Shown piece by piece: positions 26,303-33,542 of a stretch of 38,421 nucleotides of DNA. This DNA comes from a virus, in IMG/VR virus record IMGVR_UViG_3300044857_000165; one strand, given 5' to 3'. The notes under the pieces were generated by a model, which saw nothing but the letters and a program-made list of their open reading frames with translations, did not search any database and was not told where the DNA came from. The position numbers and the translations under genes are program-made. The first letter of the stretch is position 1. Every line of letters begins with the position of its first letter.

Positions 26303-26989
26303 TTACCTCCATCTTTTTGTGTAAGCATTCTGTATGCCTCTTCCGTCTTTTGGATGGTATTCAACAACACAGTCACAATTTTCATGTCTTGCATAAATGA
26401 TTTTATCGACTGGATAGTCGTAAGTTCCAGCAAGTTCTTCACACCACTTGCAACATTTACCAACCACATATCTAGTTAGTTTTGGTTTTAACCCTGCTTT
26501 TGCATGAAAATCGACATTAGTCATAATAAAATCATCAATGACTGACTGCGAAAAATTTACAACTGGGTCTTTTAGAATCCATTTGACTTCATCAAAATTA
26601 TCTTCTGCAGATAATCGATTGACTAAGCCATCAACCTTATCTTGGTTGATTTTATTTGTTTTTGGTTTTAAGCCAATACCCGCTTCTTTATTCAAGGCGG
26701 TTTGCAATTCGACTGCGTAGTCAGTGACCAGCTTATGATTATTTCCAAGCGTCTCATTTAATATTCTTTCTGCGATATTAAAAAACATCTTGCCGTCTGG
26801 AAAAACGCTTGCGGATAATTTACTGCCAAATACCTCTGCTAAAATGTTACCAACCTCTTGAGCGTATAGGTAAGCATTAGCGTGATTTTTGTTCTCTAAC
26901 AACTTTGGTATTTTTTTATTGGCTTTATACTTGTTTAAAAAATCTTTTTTTAGATCATCTAATAATTTTGGAACAATATCATCAACCAT
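26303..26989 (-). CDS. Minor head protein, MuF / SPP1 gp7 family (short form)
   Basis: C-terminal CCKWCEELAG...HENCDCVVEY signature; directly after the portal gene. Confidence 0.75.
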   Translation of the reverse strand: MVDDIVPKLLDDLKKDFLNKYKANKKIPKLLENKNHANAYLYAQEVGNILAEVFGSKLSASVFPDGKMFFNIAERILNETLGNNHKLVTDYAVELQTALNKEAGIGLKPKTNKINQDKVDGLVNRLSAEDNFDEVKWILKDPVVNFSQSVIDDFIMTNVDFHAKAGLKPKLTRYVVGKCCKWCEELAGTYDYPVDKIIYARHENCDCVVEYHPKDGRGIQNAYTKRWR

Positions 26990-28217
26990 CTATGCCACCG
27001 TCCTTTATACCAGTTGTTTGGAATAATACTTCGCCAATGTTTAATTCTGGGTACGCTTGGGAAATCTTAATTAGACCATCTCCGATTGTGGATAGACTTG
27101 CACCGTCAATTTCAAACAATGGTTCCCAAATAATTTTGGTATTCATGAACATTGTTCGTTCATAAGGTTGATTGTCACGTAAGCATACAGCAATATAAGC
27201 AACGTTTAGCAAACCACTCGCGAATGACCGTTGAGCTTTTTTAGCAGATGCACGTAAGTTTTCATGACTTGCCTTAATAGCCTCGACACTTGATGGATTG
27301 TCAGATGGAAAACCTAAGTCATCCAATGTCAATCCAGAACCACCTGCGAATAATGAGGCATACATTTTTAACTGACTGAAAAACGGTTCCATGCTTGCTG
27401 AAGCAAATTGACCGACAACTGGTTTATCTCCATTATCGTCTTTAGTAATTTCTAAAACGGTTGAAACTGTCGCTTTCCACTTATCTAATGCTTCTGCGTC
27501 TTGACTTGTTCCCAAAATGTATTTTTGAGGGAATGAGTAAAATTCTGCTGTTGCCTCTGCACGTTCCAATGTGCGTTTCGCTGCTTTTTGTTGGTACATC
27601 CCTGACCTTGTAATGCGACTACGACCAAATGGTCTTACTGCGTCTGGCCTGTGAATAATTGGTACTAACAACGGTTGATTAGTTGTATTCGGAATGATAT
27701 AAGGTTCACCATCCTTTGGATAGTACCATGTTTCAGTTGGTGTAAAATACGCTTCCAAAATAGGGTTGTCATTCTGGTCTGTTTCCAGTACAGCGTAGCC
27801 CTCTGTCAATAGGAAAGTCGTTGGGTCTAAAATCCCAGTTGCTTTACTTGCCTCAATAACTTGCAAACGTGGCAACCCGTCTTCTACTTTTGAAATATAA
27901 ACAAATGCACACGAACCAATCAATGCTGATTGGATTGCAGTATCAAAAAATATGTCTGGATTGTTCGCCTTGAATATTTCTGATGCGTTAAAATCATCAT
28001 TGCCAAATTCACGGAAAACAATTCTATCTGCTAAGGCATCTACACCTTTTGTCGTCCATTCCAAAACTGACCGATAGGCACTTTTAACGTTGTAAGGCAT
28101 AACGATACTCATAGTATTGTCGATATCATGCATTGCATAATAACGATAGCGTTTTTCAACACCCATTTTATAAAGTGCTAGCTTTCTACGTAGGAAGTTC
28201 ATTCCAGTTTGCTTCAT
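26982..28217 (-). CDS. Portal protein (SPP1 gp6-like)
   Basis: 411 aa with a conserved-looking portal core (FGRSRITRSGMYQQKAAKRTLERAE...), followed by MuF. Confidence 0.8.
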   Translation of the reverse strand: MKQTGMNFLRRKLALYKMGVEKRYRYYAMHDIDNTMSIVMPYNVKSAYRSVLEWTTKGVDALADRIVFREFGNDDFNASEIFKANNPDIFFDTAIQSALIGSCAFVYISKVEDGLPRLQVIEASKATGILDPTTFLLTEGYAVLETDQNDNPILEAYFTPTETWYYPKDGEPYIIPNTTNQPLLVPIIHRPDAVRPFGRSRITRSGMYQQKAAKRTLERAEATAEFYSFPQKYILGTSQDAEALDKWKATVSTVLEITKDDNGDKPVVGQFASASMEPFFSQLKMYASLFAGGSGLTLDDLGFPSDNPSSVEAIKASHENLRASAKKAQRSFASGLLNVAYIAVCLRDNQPYERTMFMNTKIIWEPLFEIDGASLSTIGDGLIKISQAYPELNIGEVLFQTTGIKDGGIDG

Positions 28218-28561
28218 TTGATTTTCTCCATTATTAGTTTTTCGAAATCTGGATCGTGGATATCTATTCCTTCGATTAATACCCTACCAACATATCCAAA
28301 TTGCTTTTCATTTTCTAAAAGCTCTTGTTTTTTCTTTTGGTAATATTTTTCAATATCACGTATTTTTTTAGGCTTGATAGAGTTTTTGACGTTAGTTCTC
28401 AACTCTGCTTCTTTACGTTCTTTTTCCTCTTTCCGCTTTTTCCGCATTAAGAGTTTCTGTTTTTCTGTAACACCTTTTTTCCGACATTCATCGCTACAGT
28501 AAGTTGCACGGTTTGAGGTTGTCTCGAATGACTTTCCGCACGTTGCGCATATTTTTTTCAT
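28214..28561 (-). CDS. Zinc-ribbon, Lys-rich DNA-binding-type protein; possible small terminase substitute
   Basis: CATCGKSF...YCSDEC CxxC-x14-CxxxC followed by a basic region. ATGA-coupled to the portal gene. No TerS motif recognised. Confidence 0.35.
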   Translation of the reverse strand: MKKICATCGKSFETTSNRATYCSDECRKKGVTEKQKLLMRKKRKEEKERKEAELRTNVKNSIKPKKIRDIEKYYQKKKQELLENEKQFGYVGRVLIEGIDIHDPDFEKLIMEKIK

Positions 28562-28700
28562 CTGCTCTCCTATCTACATCCTAACGTGAATAAAAATGTA
28601 CAGTACAGCGGGAAGCTCGCTCGACCAATCGGCATAGGTCTGTATGCCCCATACTTTCGTTCTAAGAGAGTTTAGTTGTTTTAGTCATAATTACATTACT
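28562..28700. other. Candidate cos/packaging recognition region
   Basis: 139-bp non-coding stretch between the HNH gene and the first packaging-module gene. Contains GGCATA-cagacc-TATGCC and TGTAC-T-GTACA symmetric elements (- strand sense). Confidence 0.3.
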
Positions 28701-29036
28701 TCACGTTTTAAACTCGTAGGACGTCCATTCTATCGTTTTAGGAAGGTTTCTATTGCCAATAGTTTCAGTTACGTTTGTCTGTCCGCTGTAAAGTTTATCT
28801 GACTTATCTCTGTTACATTTCCAGTGTGCAAGTTGTAGGTTGTCAATCAAACTGGGATGACCACCTTTTGACACGGGAATGATGTGGTCAATCACTGGAG
28901 ACAGCGGATGTGGATAAGCAAGTGTCTTGTCTACGTCACGACCACAGATACCACAGGTGTGTTTGGTCTTTAGTATGCGCTTCTTGTTGCGTTCGAATGC
29001 CACACGGTGGGGTCCTTGTTTGTCTGCTCTAACCAT
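28701..29036 (-). CDS. HNH endonuclease (terminase-associated type)
   Basis: CGICGRDVD...DHIIPVSKGGHPSLIDNLQLAHWKCNRDKSDK. AGGAGGTG SD before the ATG at 29036. Confidence 0.85.
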   Translation of the reverse strand: MVRADKQGPHRVAFERNKKRILKTKHTCGICGRDVDKTLAYPHPLSPVIDHIIPVSKGGHPSLIDNLQLAHWKCNRDKSDKLYSGQTNVTETIGNRNLPKTIEWTSYEFKT

Positions 29037-29048
29037 GGCACACCTCCT

Positions 29049-29076
29049 AAATAAATAGACAGCCCGAAGACTGTCT
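29049..29076 (-). terminator. Intrinsic terminator after the methyltransferase gene
   Basis: On the - strand, an AGACAGTC-ttcg-GGCTGTCT-type stem is followed by ATTTATTT. Confidence 0.5.
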
Positions 29077-29115
29077 GCGATATGTAGACTCCACGTGGTT
29101 CGCATCGGTAAGAAA

Positions 29116-29802
29116 CTATATCAAACTCAACTGCATAGCGTTGTTTTCAACCCTATCGATAGCTATATCGAAATATTCTTTGTCAATTTCAAACCCAATG
29201 AAATTTCTATCAGTATTCAAGCAAGCCACAGCAGTTGTGCCGCTTCCCATAAAACCATCGAATACCAAATCTCCAACTTTTGAATGTTTAGTTATACAAC
29301 GTTCGATTAACTCCAAAGGTTTCTGGTTCTGATGAACTTGATTTTTCCCAACCACTCTTTTAAATCGCCAAACGTCGGTTATTCTTTCGCCATTGAACTC
29401 GCAAAGACCTTTATTGACAAGTATGATAAATTCATATTGTTTACCAAACTGATGTTTTAAATCCCCTGCAGTATGATTGTTTTTGACCCACACGATGATA
29501 TTTTTTACGTTGAAGTATCTTTCTAATTCTTGTTTAAAAAAATCTATTTTATCCATCGAACAAAACATATACATAGCGGTGTTATCCTTCATTATCCTGT
29601 GGCATTCTTTTATATACGCACTTATCAATTCCGGATTATTATCGTTTGCGATGACTTTAGAAAATTTATGATTTTTGTCTTTGCGGCGATTGGTCTTATA
29701 ATTAATCAAATAAGGAGGGTCAGTAACAATCAAATCAATTGATGAATCGCCTATCTTTTTCATACCTTCCAAAACGTCCATGTTTATTATTTTATTTATC
29801 AA
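29116..29802 (-). CDS. Orphan DNA methyltransferase (N6A/N4C, beta-class, DPPY)
   Basis: DLIVTDPPY (motif IV) precedes FDGFMGSGTT (motif I). No cognate endonuclease nearby. The start is TTG 29802 or ATG 29781. Confidence 0.85.
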   Translation of the reverse strand: MINKIINMDVLEGMKKIGDSSIDLIVTDPPYLINYKTNRRKDKNHKFSKVIANDNNPELISAYIKECHRIMKDNTAMYMFCSMDKIDFFKQELERYFNVKNIIVWVKNNHTAGDLKHQFGKQYEFIILVNKGLCEFNGERITDVWRFKRVVGKNQVHQNQKPLELIERCITKHSKVGDLVFDGFMGSGTTAVACLNTDRNFIGFEIDKEYFDIAIDRVENNAMQLSLI

Positions 29803-30214
29803 CTCGCCATCACTCCTTTACTTACGTCATCGGCAAGGACTCGCACCTTGCATATCCAGTATTTTTAAATTTAACCCGCCTCTCGTAAACAAGATACTTT
29901 TTAGGGCAATGGGGTAACTGGACTTATAAACATATATGCGTCTACCTCTTCCGCCACGACAACAAAAAAGACGATACCTAAGCACCGTCCAAACAAAGCG
30001 ATAAGATTCAACAGTCACGTTTTTTGTGCTTTGCTCATACTATCAATTTATCACATAAACCGCCGGTAATGGATTTGAATTGAGGCGCATCGTTAAAATA
30101 TATCCTGAAGAAGGAAAACATGTCGTATGTGGTCGCCTCATTCAAAACCCTACAATATCATTTTAGCACCGTTTAACCCCTTAAAACGGTACAGTTTTTT
30201 TCCCAAAATGGTAC
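29803..30214. other. 412-bp non-coding region (late-operon leader / candidate structured RNA)
   Basis: No SD-preceded ORF on either strand. Several strong local helices (29833..29851; 30075..30087 pairing with 30134..30145; 30168..30190). Confidence 0.6.
30168..30201 (+). terminator. Plus-strand-oriented intrinsic terminator in an otherwise minus-strand region
   Basis: ACCGTTTAA-cccc-TTAAAACGGT followed by acag and T7. No T-run on the - strand side. Confidence 0.4.
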
Positions 30215-30655
30215 TCACCAACCAAGCTGCTGTGCTATACGGTCACATACTGCCTTCTCAATCTTGCGACAGCCGTCCACACTATACCCGCCAACTGTCT
30301 CCGCTATCTTAACCCATGATAGTTTCAATGGCTCGCCTTTGCTGTCTGTCGTAAAGTATCTAAGCTCAATGATTCGTTGTGCATGGTCACTACTGTTTGC
30401 CAACACGTTCTCGATAACAGCCAAGACTTGCGAGCGGAAACGTATCTGCTTGTTTGTTGCCAACTTGATTGCCTTTTCCTCTACCTCAAAAACAGGGAGA
30501 GAGGACTTGCCACCGCCATAGTTATCGTCTGTTTCTTGATACGGCGTCATGATTGATTGTCGTATCTCATTAATTTCTAGCTGCATTGTTTTGTAATTGC
30601 TTAACAAGTCTCTTACGTGTTGTCTTGCCTTTAAATTAACTTTGACTGTTGCCAA
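30215..30655 (-). CDS. Late gene transcriptional activator, RinA/ArpU (sigma region-4-like) family
   Basis: 146 aa. Has the DDNYGGGKSS motif and a C-terminal HTH-like WVKIAETVGGYSVDGCRKIEKAV. Position upstream of the packaging genes. TTG start after AGGAGG. Confidence 0.6.
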   Translation of the reverse strand: MATVKVNLKARQHVRDLLSNYKTMQLEINEIRQSIMTPYQETDDNYGGGKSSLPVFEVEEKAIKLATNKQIRFRSQVLAVIENVLANSSDHAQRIIELRYFTTDSKGEPLKLSWVKIAETVGGYSVDGCRKIEKAVCDRIAQQLGW

Positions 30656-30745
30656 CCTGCCTGCCTCCTAAAATGTAGTAGCGGTAGAGAGTCTACCGTC
30701 TGCCAAACCAAAATAGATACTTGGTCAATTCATCCGTAGTGCCGT

Positions 30746-30901
30746 TTAGATATAGATTTGCTTGTGCCCAAATATGCCTGCAATTAATATCACAACTCCA
30801 ATCGCTAACACTATTTTGTGTTTCTCATCCTTAATCATCATAAATCCAATAACGGCTAGTATTCCCCCAATTATCGTCCACAAGATGGTGGTTTCAATCA
30901 T
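30746..30901 (-). CDS. Small 2-TM membrane protein (51 aa)
   Basis: Not in the ORF track. MIETTILWTIIGGILAVIGFMMIKDEKHKIVLAIGVVILIAGIFGHKQIYI. ATGA overlap with the upstream stop. Confidence 0.5.
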   Translation of the reverse strand: MIETTILWTIIGGILAVIGFMMIKDEKHKIVLAIGVVILIAGIFGHKQIYI

Positions 30902-31119
30902 TGTGCTCCACCTTGATAAGTATCTCTGGCTATGTCCCTATTCCGTTCTGCGGTCTTGTTCTGCACATTATACTCGTCGTTTAACAACGGCGCTATTGCA
31001 TCTAATACATAGCTTTGACGGATAACCAACTTTTGCCCGTTCGGCAAAACGGCATTGACTTCTCGACCATTTATAATGCTTTGGATATCCGCTTGGGATA
31101 ACGCTACTGTGTATTTCAT
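30898..31119 (-). CDS. Hypothetical protein (73 aa)
   Basis: GGGAGGAAGA SD; operon context. Confidence 0.55.
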   Translation of the reverse strand: MKYTVALSQADIQSIINGREVNAVLPNGQKLVIRQSYVLDAIAPLLNDEYNVQNKTAERNRDIARDTYQGGAQ

Positions 31120-31150
31120 TTTCTTCCTCCCTCACTCGAATCCAGAAACG

Positions 31151-31543
31151 TTAAGGATTGTTTAACAATTCCGGTTGCTCGTATATGTTGCCGATGACTT
31201 CCCAAACCGCATGACTATCTTGCAAAGTGCTACCAAATCCGTTATCAATATTTCGCAAACCATAACTGGCGACAGTTTCGCTGTAAGGATAAAAGACTTT
31301 TCTTCTTCCTTGCAACGGATGAAACAATACGTCCCCTTCAAAAATCTCCACGCCGTTCTTGTCTTTCATGCCGGTTGACTGCATGAGTTCCCATGTTTCG
31401 CCTAATTCACTTTGGTAATAGACTGGATTAAAGTCATCCATCGCAGGTGCTAGGTACCAGAACTCTCCATCAAAATTCAATGTTGCTATATTTATCCAAC
31501 ATAGTTGTTCCTTATCCCACGCTCTAAACTTCGGTATCATCAT
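31151..31543 (-). CDS. YopX-family protein (paralogue 1)
   Basis: KFRAWDKEQ...STGMKDKNGVEIFEGDVL...VIGNIYEQPELL. Confidence 0.75.
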   Translation of the reverse strand: MMIPKFRAWDKEQLCWINIATLNFDGEFWYLAPAMDDFNPVYYQSELGETWELMQSTGMKDKNGVEIFEGDVLFHPLQGRRKVFYPYSETVASYGLRNIDNGFGSTLQDSHAVWEVIGNIYEQPELLNNP

Positions 31544-31818
31544 TCGCCCTCCTCATAAACATATTCAAAGAACAAAACTCTCGCGAACATAATTGCATCT
31601 TCCAACTTTTCTAAAACTAACGGCATATCATCAAAGCTCACGCCTTGATTCTGATACAAGCTTAGGCAATTTTGTAAGTCGTTAATTTGTGATACAGCTT
31701 CTTCTTGCGTTGTTTTCTTCATCGTTCTTACCCCCTTGTTTCCCCATTCCGCAAACGCTGGCGGGTTTGCATCAGATAATTTATAAATTTTCCCGATTTC
31801 GATATTCGGTATCATCAT
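31540..31818 (-). CDS. Hypothetical protein (92 aa)
   Basis: ATGA-coupled ORF. Confidence 0.55.
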   Translation of the reverse strand: MMIPNIEIGKIYKLSDANPPAFAEWGNKGVRTMKKTTQEEAVSQINDLQNCLSLYQNQGVSFDDMPLVLEKLEDAIMFARVLFFEYVYEEGE

Positions 31819-31994
31819 TCTTCCTCCTCAATAATTTCAGAACACACTACTAAAAATTCATATGGATTGTCTAGTTCTGAATCGCCGTCTTCGACAATTG
31901 TTGCGGATACTATTGTTCCATCAGAATCAATTACTGCTACATCCATATTGTCTGGATATTCTTTTAGGAATACTTTAAGTTCTCCGACTTTCAT
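31815..31994 (-). CDS. Hypothetical acidic protein (59 aa)
   Basis: Not in the ORF track. MKVGELKVFLKEYPDNMDVAVIDSDGTIV... with ATGA overlaps at both ends. Confidence 0.5.
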   Translation of the reverse strand: MKVGELKVFLKEYPDNMDVAVIDSDGTIVSATIVEDGDSELDNPYEFLVVCSEIIEEEE

Positions 31995-32209
31995 GATTCA
32001 GCATCCAATCTAACCGCCAAAGTCCTTGCTATTGGTGATTCTGCTCTATTTAGTTTTTCAATATCTTCATTTGCTATATTTTTCGTCCAGTATTCTTTGG
32101 CATATTTCCTGTTTTTGCAAAATATCGGCTTTCGACCATCCCACCTACGGAAATAAACTTTTTTAAATGAATTGTCTTTTAAATCAAAGAGGTGGAACAC
32201 TATTCTCAT
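31991..32209 (-). CDS. Hypothetical basic protein (72 aa)
   Basis: GGAGGGAAGG SD. Confidence 0.55.
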   Translation of the reverse strand: MRIVFHLFDLKDNSFKKVYFRRWDGRKPIFCKNRKYAKEYWTKNIANEDIEKLNRAESPIARTLAVRLDAES

Positions 32210-32268
32210 TACCTTCCCTCCAATAGTTCAGGATTGTTTGCTATCGCTGACGATTGCGGAATTAAAGA

Positions 32269-32409
32269 TCACTCTTCTACCTGTTCGATTTCATCTGAGA
32301 ATCTTCTGTAGATGACTCCCTCTGAATTAATCAGATGATATACAAAGCCGTTATTTGTCACAAACGCAACTTCCACTATTACACCTTTGATCTTATCTAA
32401 TACCTTCAT
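32269..32409 (-). CDS. Hypothetical protein (46 aa)
   Basis: Not in the ORF track. MKVLDKIKGVIVEVAFVTNNGFVYHLINSEGVIYRRFSDEIEQVEE. GGGAGGACGAG SD. Confidence 0.4.
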   Translation of the reverse strand: MKVLDKIKGVIVEVAFVTNNGFVYHLINSEGVIYRRFSDEIEQVEE

Positions 32410-32498
32410 CACTCGTCCTCCCTACTTGCTGCCACAATACCCATCATAGCTACACCGAACAGATAGCCGATGATAAATCCGATTAGTATTTTAAACAT
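32409..32498 (-). CDS. Single-TM micro-protein (29 aa, MFKILIGFIIGYLFGVAMMGIVAASREDE)
   Basis: Not in the ORF track. GGGAGGAAAAATA SD. Stop overlaps the next start. Confidence 0.4.
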   Translation of the reverse strand: MFKILIGFIIGYLFGVAMMGIVAASREDE

Positions 32499-32515
32499 TA
32501 TTTTTCCTCCCGTTC

Positions 32516-32731
32516 CTAATCAATGTCATCTATATATTGGCCTTCTTCAAAAATACTATACGCCGTAGTTCCATCGGCATTTTCAGTTTCTCCGAGGCAG
32601 TCATAATCTAAAAAAGCAACATATCCTGTTGGATAGAGAGTCACACAGTCTTTGTGATAATACTCATCATCCACTTCTATTACTTCATCATCCCATTTTA
32701 AATAGTCGGAACATGCTTTACATTTTTCCAT
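32516..32731 (-). CDS. Hypothetical Cys-containing acidic protein (71 aa from MEKCKAC)
   Basis: The ORF runs 32516..32767. The internal ATG at 32731 has the better SD (TAAGG). Confidence 0.5.
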   Translation of the reverse strand: MEKCKACSDYLKWDDEVIEVDDEYYHKDCVTLYPTGYVAFLDYDCLGETENADGTTAYSIFEEGQYIDDID

Positions 32732-32859
32732 AGTTGCCTTATCCCCCCTGTTTTCTATCGCTGACAATTTCGGAATTAATTTATTTCTTAATGATCTCTG
32801 ATTATCTTTCTAAGTTCAGTTAAATTAGTGATCTCTAAGACATGCTTACACCAATCCCC

Positions 32860-32967
32860 CTATTCCTTGATAAAAGATTCTTTCGCCTCTGTCATTGTTT
32901 CTGCATAGGCAGTACCTCGGGATTCTCGTCCATGCTTATCAATAAACCTAAAGACATATTCGTCCAT
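32860..32967 (-). CDS. Small ORF (35 aa, MDEYVFRFIDKHGRESRGTAYAETMTEAKESFIKE)
   Basis: Not in the ORF track. ATGA overlap, preceded by AGGAGGAAGAG. Confidence 0.4.
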   Translation of the reverse strand: MDEYVFRFIDKHGRESRGTAYAETMTEAKESFIKE

Positions 32968-33206
32968 CACTCTTCCTCCTGTTCCAAACTAAAATCCATC
33001 GGTTCAACTTCTATGTTTTGTTTAATTAATCCTTGGATTTTATCAATCGATACTCCCAATTTTCTAGCAAGAACCTCAACATTCATTGCTAAAAATGTAA
33101 TGTGCATCAGCAAATCTTCATTTAGCTCTTCGGAAATTTCCACCTTAGCGTTTCCTTTATATTGGACCACTCTTGATGCTCCAAGTATTTCAAATTCTTT
33201 ACCCAT
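32967..33206 (-). CDS. Hypothetical protein (79 aa)
   Basis: AGGAGGAAGAG SD before the ATG at 33206. Confidence 0.55.
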   Translation of the reverse strand: MGKEFEILGASRVVQYKGNAKVEISEELNEDLLMHITFLAMNVEVLARKLGVSIDKIQGLIKQNIEVEPMDFSLEQEEE

Positions 33207-33272
33207 CACTCTTCCTCCTGTTCAAATTTTGCAGTCACACCATTTTTAAACCAAATCACTAAACTGTTCATT

Positions 33273-33542
33273 TTATAAGTCCTCCGCTTGAATACAGCGA
33301 TTTTCAAACTTTTTATATGCATCAAAGTAAATCTCACCTTTATCGCCGTTGTAAGTAATCTCGTAGTACATTCCATCGTGAACAGTTGTTGATAGCAGCG
33401 CCTTACTATTTTGTAAAGTCTTACATTGCCAGACAACGTACACACTAAAGTTAGATAACGCGTCCGTCTTGTCCATGTGTTCAATCGTATATTCTTTTAC
33501 TAGCTTTGTTGCTTGCTCAATAAAGTTCGCTTGTTGTTCCAT
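33273..33542 (-). CDS. Hypothetical protein (89 aa)
   Basis: Coding-like composition. Preferred over the overlapping alternative-frame ORF 33206..33484. Confidence 0.6.
   Translation of the reverse strand: MEQQANFIEQATKLVKEYTIEHMDKTDALSNFSVYVVWQCKTLQNSKALLSTTVHDGMYYEITYNGDKGEIYFDAYKKFENRCIQAEDL

Noticed and set aside
29833-29851. tRNA T-arm-like hairpin (CAAGG-TGCGAGT-CCTTG on the - strand)
   Set aside because: No complementary acceptor stem (TCATCGG) and no D or anticodon arm at the required distances upstream. It is not a tRNA gene.
29827-30018. 63-aa - strand ORF from the track (MTVESYRFVWTVLRYRLFCCRGGRGRR...)
   Set aside because: It has a GTG start with no Shine-Dalgarno. Its Arg/Cys-rich composition is unlike all credible proteins of this AT-rich genome. 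I treat it as part of the non-coding region.
29803-30214. Possible ROOL/GOLLD-type giant prophage RNA
   Set aside because: The gap is only ~0.41 kb, shorter than those families as I remember them, and I cannot recall their consensus well enough to match by eye. It is left as an Rfam check, not a call.
33206-33484. 92-aa - strand ORF overlapping 33273..33542 in another frame
   Set aside because: Composition is implausible (Arg/Thr/Cys-rich). Only its last 21 codons (from the ATG at 33271, with SD) look translatable. The 89-aa overlapping ORF is the real gene.
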